From NCBI GenBank assembly GCA_965116925.1, contig OZ220744.1:3616001-3680000 (forward strand): 64,000 nucleotides of DNA, written 5' to 3'. Position numbers and translations under genes: made by a program. How positions within the stretch are numbered: the stretch's first letter is position 1; each line of letters opens with the position of its first letter. This DNA is from Candidatus Poribacteria bacterium. GTDB lineage: Bacteria; Poribacteria; WGA-4E; PCPOR2b. Below, one piece after another: positions 47,868 through 57,170 of this stretch. Under the pieces are notes generated by a model. It saw nothing but the letters and a program-made list of their open reading frames with translations, ran no database searches and was not told the DNA's origin.

Positions 47868-48926
47868 ATGCAGCCTCTACTTAGTATCCGCAATATCACC
47901 AAACGATTCGCTCGTAACCTAGCCCCGGTGGTTGAAGACCTCTCTTTTGAAGTCCACACCGGCGAAATTTTTGCCCTTTTGGGACCGAGCGGCTGCGGAA
48001 AAACAACCACACTACGCCTGATTGCCGGATTTGAACGCACTGATGCGGGAGAGATTTACGTGGACGGACAATGCTTTGAAGGGGCTAAAACCCACCTACC
48101 ACCCGAATCACGGGGCATTGGGATTGTTTTCCAAGAGTACGCGCTCTTTCCTCACCTTAACGTGTCGCAGAATGTCGCTTTTGGACTCAAGAAGCTGCCC
48201 CCAAAATTGCGCGATGCGCGCGTCATGACAGTGTTAGAGATGGTGGGGATGACCCCATTCAAAAATCGAAAGCCGTACGAACTTTCCGGTGGGCAGCAGC
48301 AGCGGGTGGCACTCGCTCGCTCAATTGCCCCAAGCCCCAAACTCATCCTGCTGGACGAACCGTTTTCCAACCTTGATGCCGGTATGCGTCAATCTACACG
48401 CGAGGAGATCCGAACCCTCTTGAAGGAGGCGGGGATGAGTGCGGTGTTTGTCACGCATGATCAGGAGGAAGCCCTCTGCTTCGCAGACAGGTTGGCGGTC
48501 ATGCAGGAGGGGCGTATTGAGCAGATCGGTATACCTGAAACAGTTTACCACCGTCCACAAACACCTTTTGTGGCAGACTTTTTGGGAACCACCAACCTAA
48601 TCGACGGTGAAGCCAAAGGAAACTGTGCTGAGACGCCCTTGGGCAAATTTCGGATTGCACCATCCGCGCGGGGTAGGGTCCTCCTCTCGATTCGTCCAGA
48701 GCATTTGGTGATGATTGAACCGGACGGGACAGGTCAAAATAGCGGTGTCGGCGAAATTATCATGCGTGATTTTAAGGGGCATGATCTGACCTATCGCGTG
48801 AGGGTTGGGACAAGGCATTATGTCGTACAGACCGACTACTGCTGTCCACTTCAAGTGGGTGCTCGGGTGACGCTTCAAGCCGTTGAGCCTGCGGTAGTTG
48901 TTAAGCAAAATGAACCGCTGCTATAA
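47868..48926 (+). CDS. fbpC: Fe(III) ABC transporter ATP-binding protein (FbpC/FutC)
   Basis: GPSGCGKT, LSGGQQQR, LLDEPFSNLD, VTHDQEEA and a TOBE-like C-terminus. Confidence 0.9.
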   Translation: MQPLLSIRNITKRFARNLAPVVEDLSFEVHTGEIFALLGPSGCGKTTTLRLIAGFERTDAGEIYVDGQCFEGAKTHLPPESRGIGIVFQEYALFPHLNVSQNVAFGLKKLPPKLRDARVMTVLEMVGMTPFKNRKPYELSGGQQQRVALARSIAPSPKLILLDEPFSNLDAGMRQSTREEIRTLLKEAGMSAVFVTHDQEEALCFADRLAVMQEGRIEQIGIPETVYHRPQTPFVADFLGTTNLIDGEAKGNCAETPLGKFRIAPSARGRVLLSIRPEHLVMIEPDGTGQNSGVGEIIMRDFKGHDLTYRVRVGTRHYVVQTDYCCPLQVGARVTLQAVEPAVVVKQNEPLL

Positions 48927-48945
48927 CTGGAAGAAAGCATAGAAA

Positions 48946-49629
48946 GTGCCCAAAAAGACAGTGCACCGCCGAACAGTGGAAGCTGCTACAAATCCTTTGC
49001 CTACCTATTCACTCCGTTTCAGACTCTACGCTATCACTGACCGGCAAATCTGTGCGCCCCGGACGCTGTACGACACCATCCATGCTCTCTTAGATGCAGG
49101 GGTGTCCGCCATCCAACTCAGGGAAAAAGATCTGAGCGATGCCGAGTATATCAAATTAGCTGAACCCCTCTGCAAGCTGTGTCACGTCTATTCCGCCCAA
49201 CTGTTTATTAACTCACGTATTGAGATAGCTACGGAGATCGGGGCAGATGGTCTCCATCTGCCGGGAGACTCAGCGTCCGTAAAAAAAGTGATCGAGGAGA
49301 CGAACCGTCGCTTTATCATTGGCGTCTCCGTCCACACGTTAGCTGAAGCGAAGCAGCGGGAAATCGAAGGTGCGGATTTTATCACCTATAGTCCAATCTA
49401 CCCGACGCTCAGTAAGCCGGGCTACGGTCCCGTTGTTGGTGTGGAGGGGCTGCGGAAAGTTACAGAGAAAGTCAACATACCTGTCTTTGCGTTGGGTGGA
49501 ATAACCCCTGAACGGGTTTCGGAATGTCTTGATGCCGGTGCTTATGGGGTTGCGGTGATGTCTGGGGTGATGTCACCGGAGGACGGCGTGCAGCAGGCGA
49601 AGGTGTATCTACAACAGCTACTGAAATAA
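48946..49629 (+). CDS. thiE: Thiamine-phosphate synthase (ThiE/TenI family)
   Basis: LYAITD, IQLREK, GADGLHL, SVH, PTLSKPG and ALGGI motifs. Confidence 0.8.
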   Translation: MPKKTVHRRTVEAATNPLPTYSLRFRLYAITDRQICAPRTLYDTIHALLDAGVSAIQLREKDLSDAEYIKLAEPLCKLCHVYSAQLFINSRIEIATEIGADGLHLPGDSASVKKVIEETNRRFIIGVSVHTLAEAKQREIEGADFITYSPIYPTLSKPGYGPVVGVEGLRKVTEKVNIPVFALGGITPERVSECLDAGAYGVAVMSGVMSPEDGVQQAKVYLQQLLK

Positions 49630-49645
49630 CGACGGGAGTTCCCAC

Positions 49646-50434
49646 ATGAAACAGATTTTGACGATTGCTGGCTCAGATTCAGGGGGAGGTGCAGGGATTC
49701 AAGCTGACCTCAAATCCATCCACGCCAACGGCGGTTATGGGCTATCCGTCATCACGTCAGTTACGGCACAGAATACACGCGAAGTAACCCGCGCCTCTGA
49801 CCTACCAACGGATCTCATTGACGCACAGATCGACGCTATCTTCTCAGATTTTGATGTCGCAGCAGTCAAGACAGGGATGCTATCGTCGGTCGAAATTGTC
49901 AGGGCTGTTGCAAAGAAATTGCGCCAGTATTCGCCGAGTAATATCGTGATTGATCCGGTAACCCTTTCCAAAAGTAAGTACCCCTTACTCAAACCAGATG
50001 CCGTTGAGCGTTTGAAAATGGAATTGCTGCCGCTTGCAGCAGTCGTCATGCCCAACGTTGATGAAGCCGAACTGCTCGCTGAACGTGAAATCCGAACAAT
50101 CGATGATGCAAAGGTGGCAGCGAAAATAATTCAAGGATATGGATGCCAGAGCGTGCTGGTCAAAGGGGGACATCTCTCAGGGGAAAAATCGACCGATGTG
50201 CTGTACGTTGATGGGGCTTTCACCCTCTTTGAGGCAGAGCGGATTGAAACAAAGAACACGCATGGCACAGGCTGCACCTACTCCGCAGCAATCGCCACGC
50301 ACCTAGGACTTGGAAAAGACCTCATCGCTGCCATTCAGTCCGCGAAGGAGTACATCACAAACGCTATCCGTTATTCTCTCGACATTGGGAGAGGACACGG
50401 ACCTACCAATCACTTCTACTTTTTGAATAGGTAA
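49646..50434 (+). CDS. thiD: Hydroxymethylpyrimidine/phosphomethylpyrimidine kinase
   Basis: LTIAGSDSGGGAGIQADLK, KTGML, KGGH and THGTGCT motifs. Confidence 0.95.
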   Translation: MKQILTIAGSDSGGGAGIQADLKSIHANGGYGLSVITSVTAQNTREVTRASDLPTDLIDAQIDAIFSDFDVAAVKTGMLSSVEIVRAVAKKLRQYSPSNIVIDPVTLSKSKYPLLKPDAVERLKMELLPLAAVVMPNVDEAELLAEREIRTIDDAKVAAKIIQGYGCQSVLVKGGHLSGEKSTDVLYVDGAFTLFEAERIETKNTHGTGCTYSAAIATHLGLGKDLIAAIQSAKEYITNAIRYSLDIGRGHGPTNHFYFLNR

Positions 50435-50448
50435 TATAACGCAAGCTG

Positions 50449-50549
50449 CTAGTACTCAGTCATATAAGTTTTGCATATCAACAAGGGGGTCGGGTGACCC
50501 GACCCCTACGAAGTATTATGAGTCTCAATCCATATTGACAGTGTACTAG
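50449..50549 (+). mobile_element. Family F MITE with CTAG at both ends and GGGGTCGGGTGACCCGACCCCTAC REP cargo
   Basis: Near-identical to 41714-41832 and 61900-62133, with a short internal deletion; preceded by a family B-like terminus CGCAAGCTGCTAG. Confidence 0.85.
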
Positions 50550-50655
50550 TAACCTTTGGTGCTAGCTAGTGAGAAAGTCGTTTCCACATTGTTCAAGAGT
50601 TCATTGATTGATTAGTTGGTTGGTTCATCCATTCTTCTCGCGTTCCACCCTTCGG

Positions 50656-50940
50656 ATACACATGTCGCCCTTCTGGGGCTTTAGGGTATTTGTTTATTCC
50701 GTGTGCTATAAACATGTCGCCCCTCTGGGGCTAAATGAAGTGCTGAACCGATGGTTTTCACGTTTCACGCATCACGTTATCAACAGCTGCAAACTAGCAC
50801 CGTTGATTAGTAGTAGGCATATTTGTATACGTAATCGCTATGCAAATTACAGCACGGTACCCTACGGGTTGGGGAACCCAACCTCTACGGAGGTAAAGAT
50901 ATGCACCTTTGTCAATCGTAGGGGCGAGGTTCCCTCGCCC
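50656..50940. repeat. ACATGTCGCCCC.CTGGGGCT doublet, heptamer repeats and two GTAG REPs
   Basis: The doublet matches 5005-5076; the REPs match those at 7443, 7662 and 37434. Confidence 0.75.
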
Positions 50941-50975
50941 GTTTCCATTTGCCCACACATTTATCAGATGAGGAG

Positions 50976-53123
50976 ATGGCAACATTGAATCAACCTAAAC
51001 TTTTCGAGGCACTCAAACCCAATACCATCGTCACTATTGCAGGGGTTGGCTACCGTGATGGCATACCCGCTAAGGACGCAGATATAGGCTGGCCTATGGG
51101 TGTGGTGCGCCGTCCCGATGGCGACCTGATTGTTGCCGATATCCGCGCCCACCGCATCTGGCGTATAGATCAAGACGGCATCTTACACACCTTCGCAGGT
51201 GACGGTGTGCCGGGAATTTCAGGTGATGGGGGGGCCGCCATCAATGCCCGCGTGTACACCCCACACGATTTCTGCCTCGACAAAGCGGGCAACCTTTTCT
51301 TTTCCGAACTAGGTGCGAGAGGTCCCGACGAAGGGGCTAATACGATCCGTCGTATCGATTACAAGACCGGCATCATCACCCGCGTAGTTGGGGCAGGAGT
51401 GATGGGGCGCGGCGGAGATGGCGGTCCGGCGCTAGGGGCTGAGTTTGACACGACAACCGGTGTGGCGGTTGACACCCAGGGGAATATCTTTGTGTGCGGC
51501 AAATGGGATAGCAATGTACGGCGAGTCGATGCAAAGACCGGCATTATCCAGACCTTTGCAGGTCAGAACACCCGTTACTATCCATTGGAGCAGGGACTGA
51601 GTCGCCCTTACAGCGGTGCCAACTACACCCTTGCCGGATTTCATGGCGATGGTGGACCCGCATCAGCGGCAGCGTTCGGATTTCCTGAACACTTGGCATT
51701 CGACTCCAAAGGCGATCTCTACGTCTGCGACAACGGAAACAACCGGATTCGCAAGATTAATATGCGGACCGGAATAATTACAACCGTTCTCGGCACAGGT
51801 CAAGCGGCGTCCAACGGCGATGGAGGTCTCGCAGTTGAAGCGAGCACACATACGCCGGACGCCATTTTCATTGATTGCCACGATAACCTTTATGTCGGTG
51901 AGGTAGGTGGCTTTAGGGTGCGTAAGGTGGATGCCCAAACCGGTGTTGTGACGACGCTCGTGGGTACAGGCATCCCCGGCTGGGGAGAAGAGGGCACCCC
52001 CGGATCCGAAACGAAGTGCAATCCCATCGAATCCGGCATCTGGGCTGATCCCGATGGCACGGTTTTCTACAGCGATTCTTCAGGGCGTTTACGCCGGATT
52101 GACCCACAGACCGGCATCGTGACGACCGTTTTGGGTGGCGACAGCATCCGTGATGGTAGTCCATCGACTAAGGCGTTCCTCTCCTGTCCGAGGGGGATTT
52201 GTGTGGGACCCGACGGGCATATCTACTTTGCCGATATGCAGAGTGATCGGATACGAGCGATTGATCCATCCACCGGAATTATCCGAACCGTTGCCGGTAG
52301 CGGCGGCAGAGCTTATGGCGGTGACAACGGTCCTGCGATTGAAGCATATTTCTTGAATCCTTATGATGTGTCGGTGGATAGGGGCGGCCGCGTTGTAATA
52401 GCCGATACGCTGAATGGACGGGTACGGCGGGTGGATACGAACAGCGTAATCCATACAGTGGCTGGAACAGGCGAAAGCGCAGATCGGGGGGATGGTGGAC
52501 CCGCTGCAGGGGCTGGACTGACCGTTGTTTGGTCGGTCACGCATGGACCCGATGGAGATATCTATCTGGGGGACGCTGCCGGTCGGATTCGTAGGATTGA
52601 CGCTGATACAGGACGTATCAGCACAGTAGCGGGGATTGGCATTCAAGGCTACACCGGGGACGGAGGTCCCGCAACAGAAGCACGAATCGGCAGCCCATCG
52701 GCACTTAGGTTTGATGCAAAGGGAGATCTCTATTTTTCCGACCTCACTCAGCACGTTGTGCGCCGGGTGGACATCAACGGTATTATCACAACCGTTGTGG
52801 GTTGCGGTGAGGCTGGGTTTTCCCCCGACGGTACGCTTGCCCTAGAGGCACAACTCCACAAGCCGTTGGGATTGGCGGTCACCGGGGACGGGGGTGTGTA
52901 CTTCTCCGATTCGCGCAACAATCGGGTGCGTCGGGTCGCCCCCGATGGCACGCTGCAAACGGTTGCCGGCAGCGATACACCGGGCGACGCAGGAGACGGA
53001 GGACCTGCCACCGAAGCTAGCTTGAACGAACCGCATGGACTCTGTTTCTATGGGGAGGATATACTGTTGATTTGTGATCACTACAACAGTCGCATCAAGG
53101 CGGTGAAACTCTCGAAACCGTGA
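50976..53123 (+). CDS. NHL-repeat (teneurin-like beta-propeller) protein
   Basis: About 12 repeats of GDGGPA..A....P.G...D..G.LY..D..N.RIR.ID..TG.I.TVAG; no signal peptide. Confidence 0.92.
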   Translation: MATLNQPKLFEALKPNTIVTIAGVGYRDGIPAKDADIGWPMGVVRRPDGDLIVADIRAHRIWRIDQDGILHTFAGDGVPGISGDGGAAINARVYTPHDFCLDKAGNLFFSELGARGPDEGANTIRRIDYKTGIITRVVGAGVMGRGGDGGPALGAEFDTTTGVAVDTQGNIFVCGKWDSNVRRVDAKTGIIQTFAGQNTRYYPLEQGLSRPYSGANYTLAGFHGDGGPASAAAFGFPEHLAFDSKGDLYVCDNGNNRIRKINMRTGIITTVLGTGQAASNGDGGLAVEASTHTPDAIFIDCHDNLYVGEVGGFRVRKVDAQTGVVTTLVGTGIPGWGEEGTPGSETKCNPIESGIWADPDGTVFYSDSSGRLRRIDPQTGIVTTVLGGDSIRDGSPSTKAFLSCPRGICVGPDGHIYFADMQSDRIRAIDPSTGIIRTVAGSGGRAYGGDNGPAIEAYFLNPYDVSVDRGGRVVIADTLNGRVRRVDTNSVIHTVAGTGESADRGDGGPAAGAGLTVVWSVTHGPDGDIYLGDAAGRIRRIDADTGRISTVAGIGIQGYTGDGGPATEARIGSPSALRFDAKGDLYFSDLTQHVVRRVDINGIITTVVGCGEAGFSPDGTLALEAQLHKPLGLAVTGDGGVYFSDSRNNRVRRVAPDGTLQTVAGSDTPGDAGDGGPATEASLNEPHGLCFYGEDILLICDHYNSRIKAVKLSKP

Positions 53124-53165
53124 GTCTTATGCTTCTAGCCCGAGACACTTCTCCTAAAGAGGGAT

Positions 53166-53273
53166 TATAGTAGATTTCGGAATTAATGAAACACTCCAAA
53201 TCGGCGCAGTTGGAAACAGCGCCTACCAAACATGGGGAGCGAAAGTGTCTATTTATTTTTTGAATTCACTATA
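53166..53273. mobile_element. MITE family C intact copy
   Basis: TATAGTAGATTTCGGAATTAA...TGAATTCACTATA; near-identical to 61771-61878. Confidence 0.85.
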
Positions 53274-53293
53274 GTTCCAGCCTTGCTAGTTTT

Positions 53294-56200
53294 TCAAAAT
53301 CTCCGTGACAGAAGCAAGATGGGGATGGGATTGCGTCCCTTCCGCAACGCACGCGCAATCTCAACCCCAAGGACAAAGGACGGATCGCCGATAAAGAGAG
53401 ATACTCCGACTCCAACCGATGTATTGAAACGATTGAACTTAAAGGTTTCGTCATTAAACCAAGCGTATCCTGTATCCGAGAAAGCCGTCACTACACCTAG
53501 AGGTCCCTCACTCTCATCCAAATACCTGATTTTCCCAAAATGAACCCGGTATTCCACATTGAAGAGGAGCGTATTATCCCCGACGAACTCCTTGAAATCG
53601 TAACCGTGCAAGGTGCCGATACCGCCTAGATAGAGTAGGCGTTGTCTGGGAAGGGGTCTATCAGAGAATGCACCTTCCAGACGAAAATCCAGATTGTGGT
53701 GACTTAGCAATTGGTTATAACGCACAATCGTAAAGTGATAGAGATTAAAATCGAAGTCGCTATTGAGCCTTTCGTTCGCATATTCAAGAGAGAAATTCCC
53801 CCGCCAACCGTGCTTGGCGCGGTAATTCTGCATTTGACGGGTCCCCCAAAGCAAGGATCCCGATCGGATCGGGGCCGGAGCCTTCAAGCTATTAAAATTA
53901 TATCCCACCGTTACGCTACGGAAATGTCCCTCGTCAATTCGCAGGTTACCCCGCTTTAGGACATCTTTATTAAACAGACTCCAATCGGTTGACTTAAATA
54001 GGATTTCGTGATCTTCATCGGTGAATTCCAGTGTGATGTTCATTGATCGCGTTAGTTTACCTCTTACTTGAGCACGATATCCCTTGCGCTGATAGTAATC
54101 TAGGGAGGTAGACCCCAGGAAGAAAGCACCAAGGAATTCGCCACCTTCAGACCATCCAGCATAGCGATTGGCATCAGTCTGCTGGTACACACGTCCGCCA
54201 ATAGCTAGGGCGTGGCGGTCGAACCAAGTCTTTTCAGCCCCTACTTGATAATTCCAAATTTCGCTCGACAGTCCATGGCTGACCTCTCCATAGATTTGCG
54301 CGTCTACCTCTCGGGTGGAAACCCCTGTACCTCCACCCAAAATTAAGCCGTGTACACGATTAAAGTCGAGGAATGGTTGCCAATTCACCTTGAGTCGTGA
54401 TTGCTCCTCAACCTCAATGGCAAGCACGTTCCGATCCGCTTCCCGTTTCACCTCCCAGCTTTTGATCCGCTTGAAGTAGAGGTTATTTTTATCGAGTTTG
54501 GTACGCATCTGATTGAGGCGCGTTGTGCCAATCTGTTTGCTATAAGCGTCGCCCTGCTTGAAACTGAGCGCGTCGGTCAACTCTGTGAGCGTAATTCGAC
54601 GATTTCCAGAAAAACGGATGTCGTCCAAATGCCCTTCGTCGATGTGAATCAACAGACGCGTACCGGAAAATTGGTGGGTGATTTGCACAAGGTCGTAACC
54701 GTGATGCCTATAAAGGTTTTCAATCAGTTGACATTTGGTATCCAGCCTTTCGATTGAGGTGCGTCCTTGCTTCAACCCGAATGCTGCACGCAGGAATGGA
54801 GATATAAAGTATCTGTTTCGGTGTATATTGAGGTGTTCCACAACGCCTGTTGGGGTTTCGGTTACACGGATACGCAGATTTATCTTGAAGATAGGGATTG
54901 GCGGCGGCCCATCGCTAAGATCCTCGACTTGCGGCGCAGCAGTGTCCGGTGGATCGGGCTCGCCTATGACAGACGATTCATTGGGCTTTTCAACCTCCTC
55001 TTTGACGGCGTTGCTTGTCTCTATGCGCACATCGCTAAACCAATCGAGTGCTTCAAATTCACGACTGAGCCATGACAATTCATCAACAGAAATGATGTCC
55101 CCCGGCTGGAAGGGGATTTTCTCAAGGAGTTCTGATGTTGGAATGTCGCTGTTACCCTCAATCTCAATGGCGGCGAGCGAAAACTGTTCTACAAATTCAA
55201 AGCCTTGTGCGGACTCCGAATTTTCTGGCTCTGCCAAACGTATGGTTCCCATCCGATCTGACCAATGGGGCCACCAAGGTTGAATTGTGTCATAAGTAGG
55301 TGACCAGTAGCTGTACTCAGTCGGTTTCAACGAGGATTCGGTGGGATCTCCCTGTACTTTGCGATGGAGGTTAAACCGCCAGTTTTTGAGTGATGAAGGT
55401 TCAAGTGCATCACGGGGCAGTGCAACCTCTACAGTCCAAAAAGTCGGAGTAATCTGCGTTTTAACTTGAGCACGAGAATCCCAATCAGGCTTTGCTATCC
55501 TTTTGTAAGCAGCTTTAAGGTCGGAATCCAGCGGATAATTCGCCTCGATGTGCTGATCGAAAACCGTACCAATCGGGCTGATAACGAAGTGGTGATAAGT
55601 TGGCGTTGCCGGATTCGGATCCACTAGAATCTCTAATGTGTCGTCAAGCCAAACCGTTGAATCTGGGTTAGTTTGCGTAATTTGAACCTGCTTCATCTGC
55701 GAATCATACATTCTAGCACCGATATAGAGGTATTGCTCATCCCACAGGAGAAACCCCTGTGTCGGTTCGTTTGCTGGTGTAATCGCGTCTGCCTGATAGA
55801 AGGGGGAAAGTGGTAACGACGTTGCCCAAGCTTCCTCGAACAGGTCGCCATCAATTACCGGCGGTGCCGACGCGCGGGGGACGTTAACCGTCGGGGGTGG
55901 ACTCAGATCGTCTTCAAAGTAAGGATCATCGACTTCTACCGCGCTATCGTCCGTTTCGGATTTAGTGGACACAGATTGAGCGGGTAAAATGGTGATTCCC
56001 TCGCTCGCGCTCATTTTAATCAAGGGACCGCCGCCGTTGATCCAGCCTTGGACAATATCTCCCACATAGGCGGTCTCAAGTTCCACTGGCAAGTCAATGG
56101 TAATCGCGCGTGGGTCGTCTTTCTCAATCCGTATCTCAAGATCCGCCGGGTAACTTTCTGGCAAACGCAACGAAATTGCCCCATCATGTGTCTCGAGAAT

Positions 56201-56977
56201 CATGTTTGCTGCAATCTCATCTAAAATCACGAGATCTATCGAACCGGATCGCGTTGCAAATATGTTGTTATCACCGGTCAGGAGAATCTTCCCGTAGATT
56301 CGCCCTTCTTGAACGCTGACTTGATACGCTCCCATCGCTTTGTCAAGATGGACATTGCCAATATTCGTTGTCAAAGCCACGCTGCCACGGATCCCGTGTA
56401 TCCGAATATCTCCGGATTCCGTCTGGATTTTGAGGGTTAGATCGGGCGGCGTTTCGATAAAGCAGTCCAGACGAGTCAGTTGGGCATCTGAATCGGAAGA
56501 TTCTGGCAGGCGTGGAGTCAGCAACAGGATATCGTCCTTCGTGGAAATTTCGAGTTGCACTGTATCGAGGTAGGTTTCGACAACTTCTTCATTGGCACCT
56601 GTCCCATGTTTTTCAAGCTTGACGGTGATTGCGTCTTTCGTTGTCACGTTCAGTTCTACACTCCCCGCGAAGGGCAATGTCAGTTCAAGTCCATAAACAT
56701 CGTCATAACTAATCTGTTGTTCGGAGGTCGAATGATACAGCGAGGGATCCACGGCAGCGGCAATTGGCGTACCTGCTTCTTCGGTTTCGTTGCCTCCATG
56801 CTCTAATAGGGGGGATTCAACTTTTGGTGGGCTAGTACGCACAGTTCCGTTTTGGGGGTCCGCAAAGCTGACCCCGATAGATTGGGACAGACGCTGCGCG
56901 TTCTCCGGCTCGGCGTTGATAACGCCACAGGGCAGGCAGATATAAAAGCTGAGAACAAGTTTTGCAATGGTACGCAT
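53294..56977 (-). CDS. Omp85/BamA-TamA-like outer-membrane protein with N-terminal DUF4097-like and CBM9-like domains and POTRA repeats
   Basis: Signal peptide; T.SGDI/T..G.I beta repeats; PPVIDGDL.E..W, LLWDEQYLYIG, DDTLEILVDP, WTVEVALP; POTRA-like IEIEGN and IRFSGN; barrel with LGGIGTLHGY, FNVEYR, FSDTGYAW, SVGVG and terminal F. Confidence 0.8.
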   Translation of the reverse strand: MRTIAKLVLSFYICLPCGVINAEPENAQRLSQSIGVSFADPQNGTVRTSPPKVESPLLEHGGNETEEAGTPIAAAVDPSLYHSTSEQQISYDDVYGLELTLPFAGSVELNVTTKDAITVKLEKHGTGANEEVVETYLDTVQLEISTKDDILLLTPRLPESSDSDAQLTRLDCFIETPPDLTLKIQTESGDIRIHGIRGSVALTTNIGNVHLDKAMGAYQVSVQEGRIYGKILLTGDNNIFATRSGSIDLVILDEIAANMILETHDGAISLRLPESYPADLEIRIEKDDPRAITIDLPVELETAYVGDIVQGWINGGGPLIKMSASEGITILPAQSVSTKSETDDSAVEVDDPYFEDDLSPPPTVNVPRASAPPVIDGDLFEEAWATSLPLSPFYQADAITPANEPTQGFLLWDEQYLYIGARMYDSQMKQVQITQTNPDSTVWLDDTLEILVDPNPATPTYHHFVISPIGTVFDQHIEANYPLDSDLKAAYKRIAKPDWDSRAQVKTQITPTFWTVEVALPRDALEPSSLKNWRFNLHRKVQGDPTESSLKPTEYSYWSPTYDTIQPWWPHWSDRMGTIRLAEPENSESAQGFEFVEQFSLAAIEIEGNSDIPTSELLEKIPFQPGDIISVDELSWLSREFEALDWFSDVRIETSNAVKEEVEKPNESSVIGEPDPPDTAAPQVEDLSDGPPPIPIFKINLRIRVTETPTGVVEHLNIHRNRYFISPFLRAAFGLKQGRTSIERLDTKCQLIENLYRHHGYDLVQITHQFSGTRLLIHIDEGHLDDIRFSGNRRITLTELTDALSFKQGDAYSKQIGTTRLNQMRTKLDKNNLYFKRIKSWEVKREADRNVLAIEVEEQSRLKVNWQPFLDFNRVHGLILGGGTGVSTREVDAQIYGEVSHGLSSEIWNYQVGAEKTWFDRHALAIGGRVYQQTDANRYAGWSEGGEFLGAFFLGSTSLDYYQRKGYRAQVRGKLTRSMNITLEFTDEDHEILFKSTDWSLFNKDVLKRGNLRIDEGHFRSVTVGYNFNSLKAPAPIRSGSLLWGTRQMQNYRAKHGWRGNFSLEYANERLNSDFDFNLYHFTIVRYNQLLSHHNLDFRLEGAFSDRPLPRQRLLYLGGIGTLHGYDFKEFVGDNTLLFNVEYRVHFGKIRYLDESEGPLGVVTAFSDTGYAWFNDETFKFNRFNTSVGVGVSLFIGDPSFVLGVEIARALRKGRNPIPILLLSRRF

Positions 56978-57170
56978 CTCCGGAGCCACCTCAAGAGGAA
57001 CTGAAAGATTTCCAGAACAGTATCTGATAACGAAAAGTTTAGCAGATCTTCGGTTGCGCGTCAAACAGATCTTTTCGCTAATATTTTTTGTTTGTGTTTT
57101 CGGGGTAGGTGTAGTAACCTTTCTTCTGCTGATAGAAATTACCTAATTGGGACGAAAGGAATGGGATCCA

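Noticed and set aside
50608..50988. 126-aa ORF upstream of the NHL gene
   Set aside because: Composed of REP and heptamer repeat translations, with no RBS or domain evidence.
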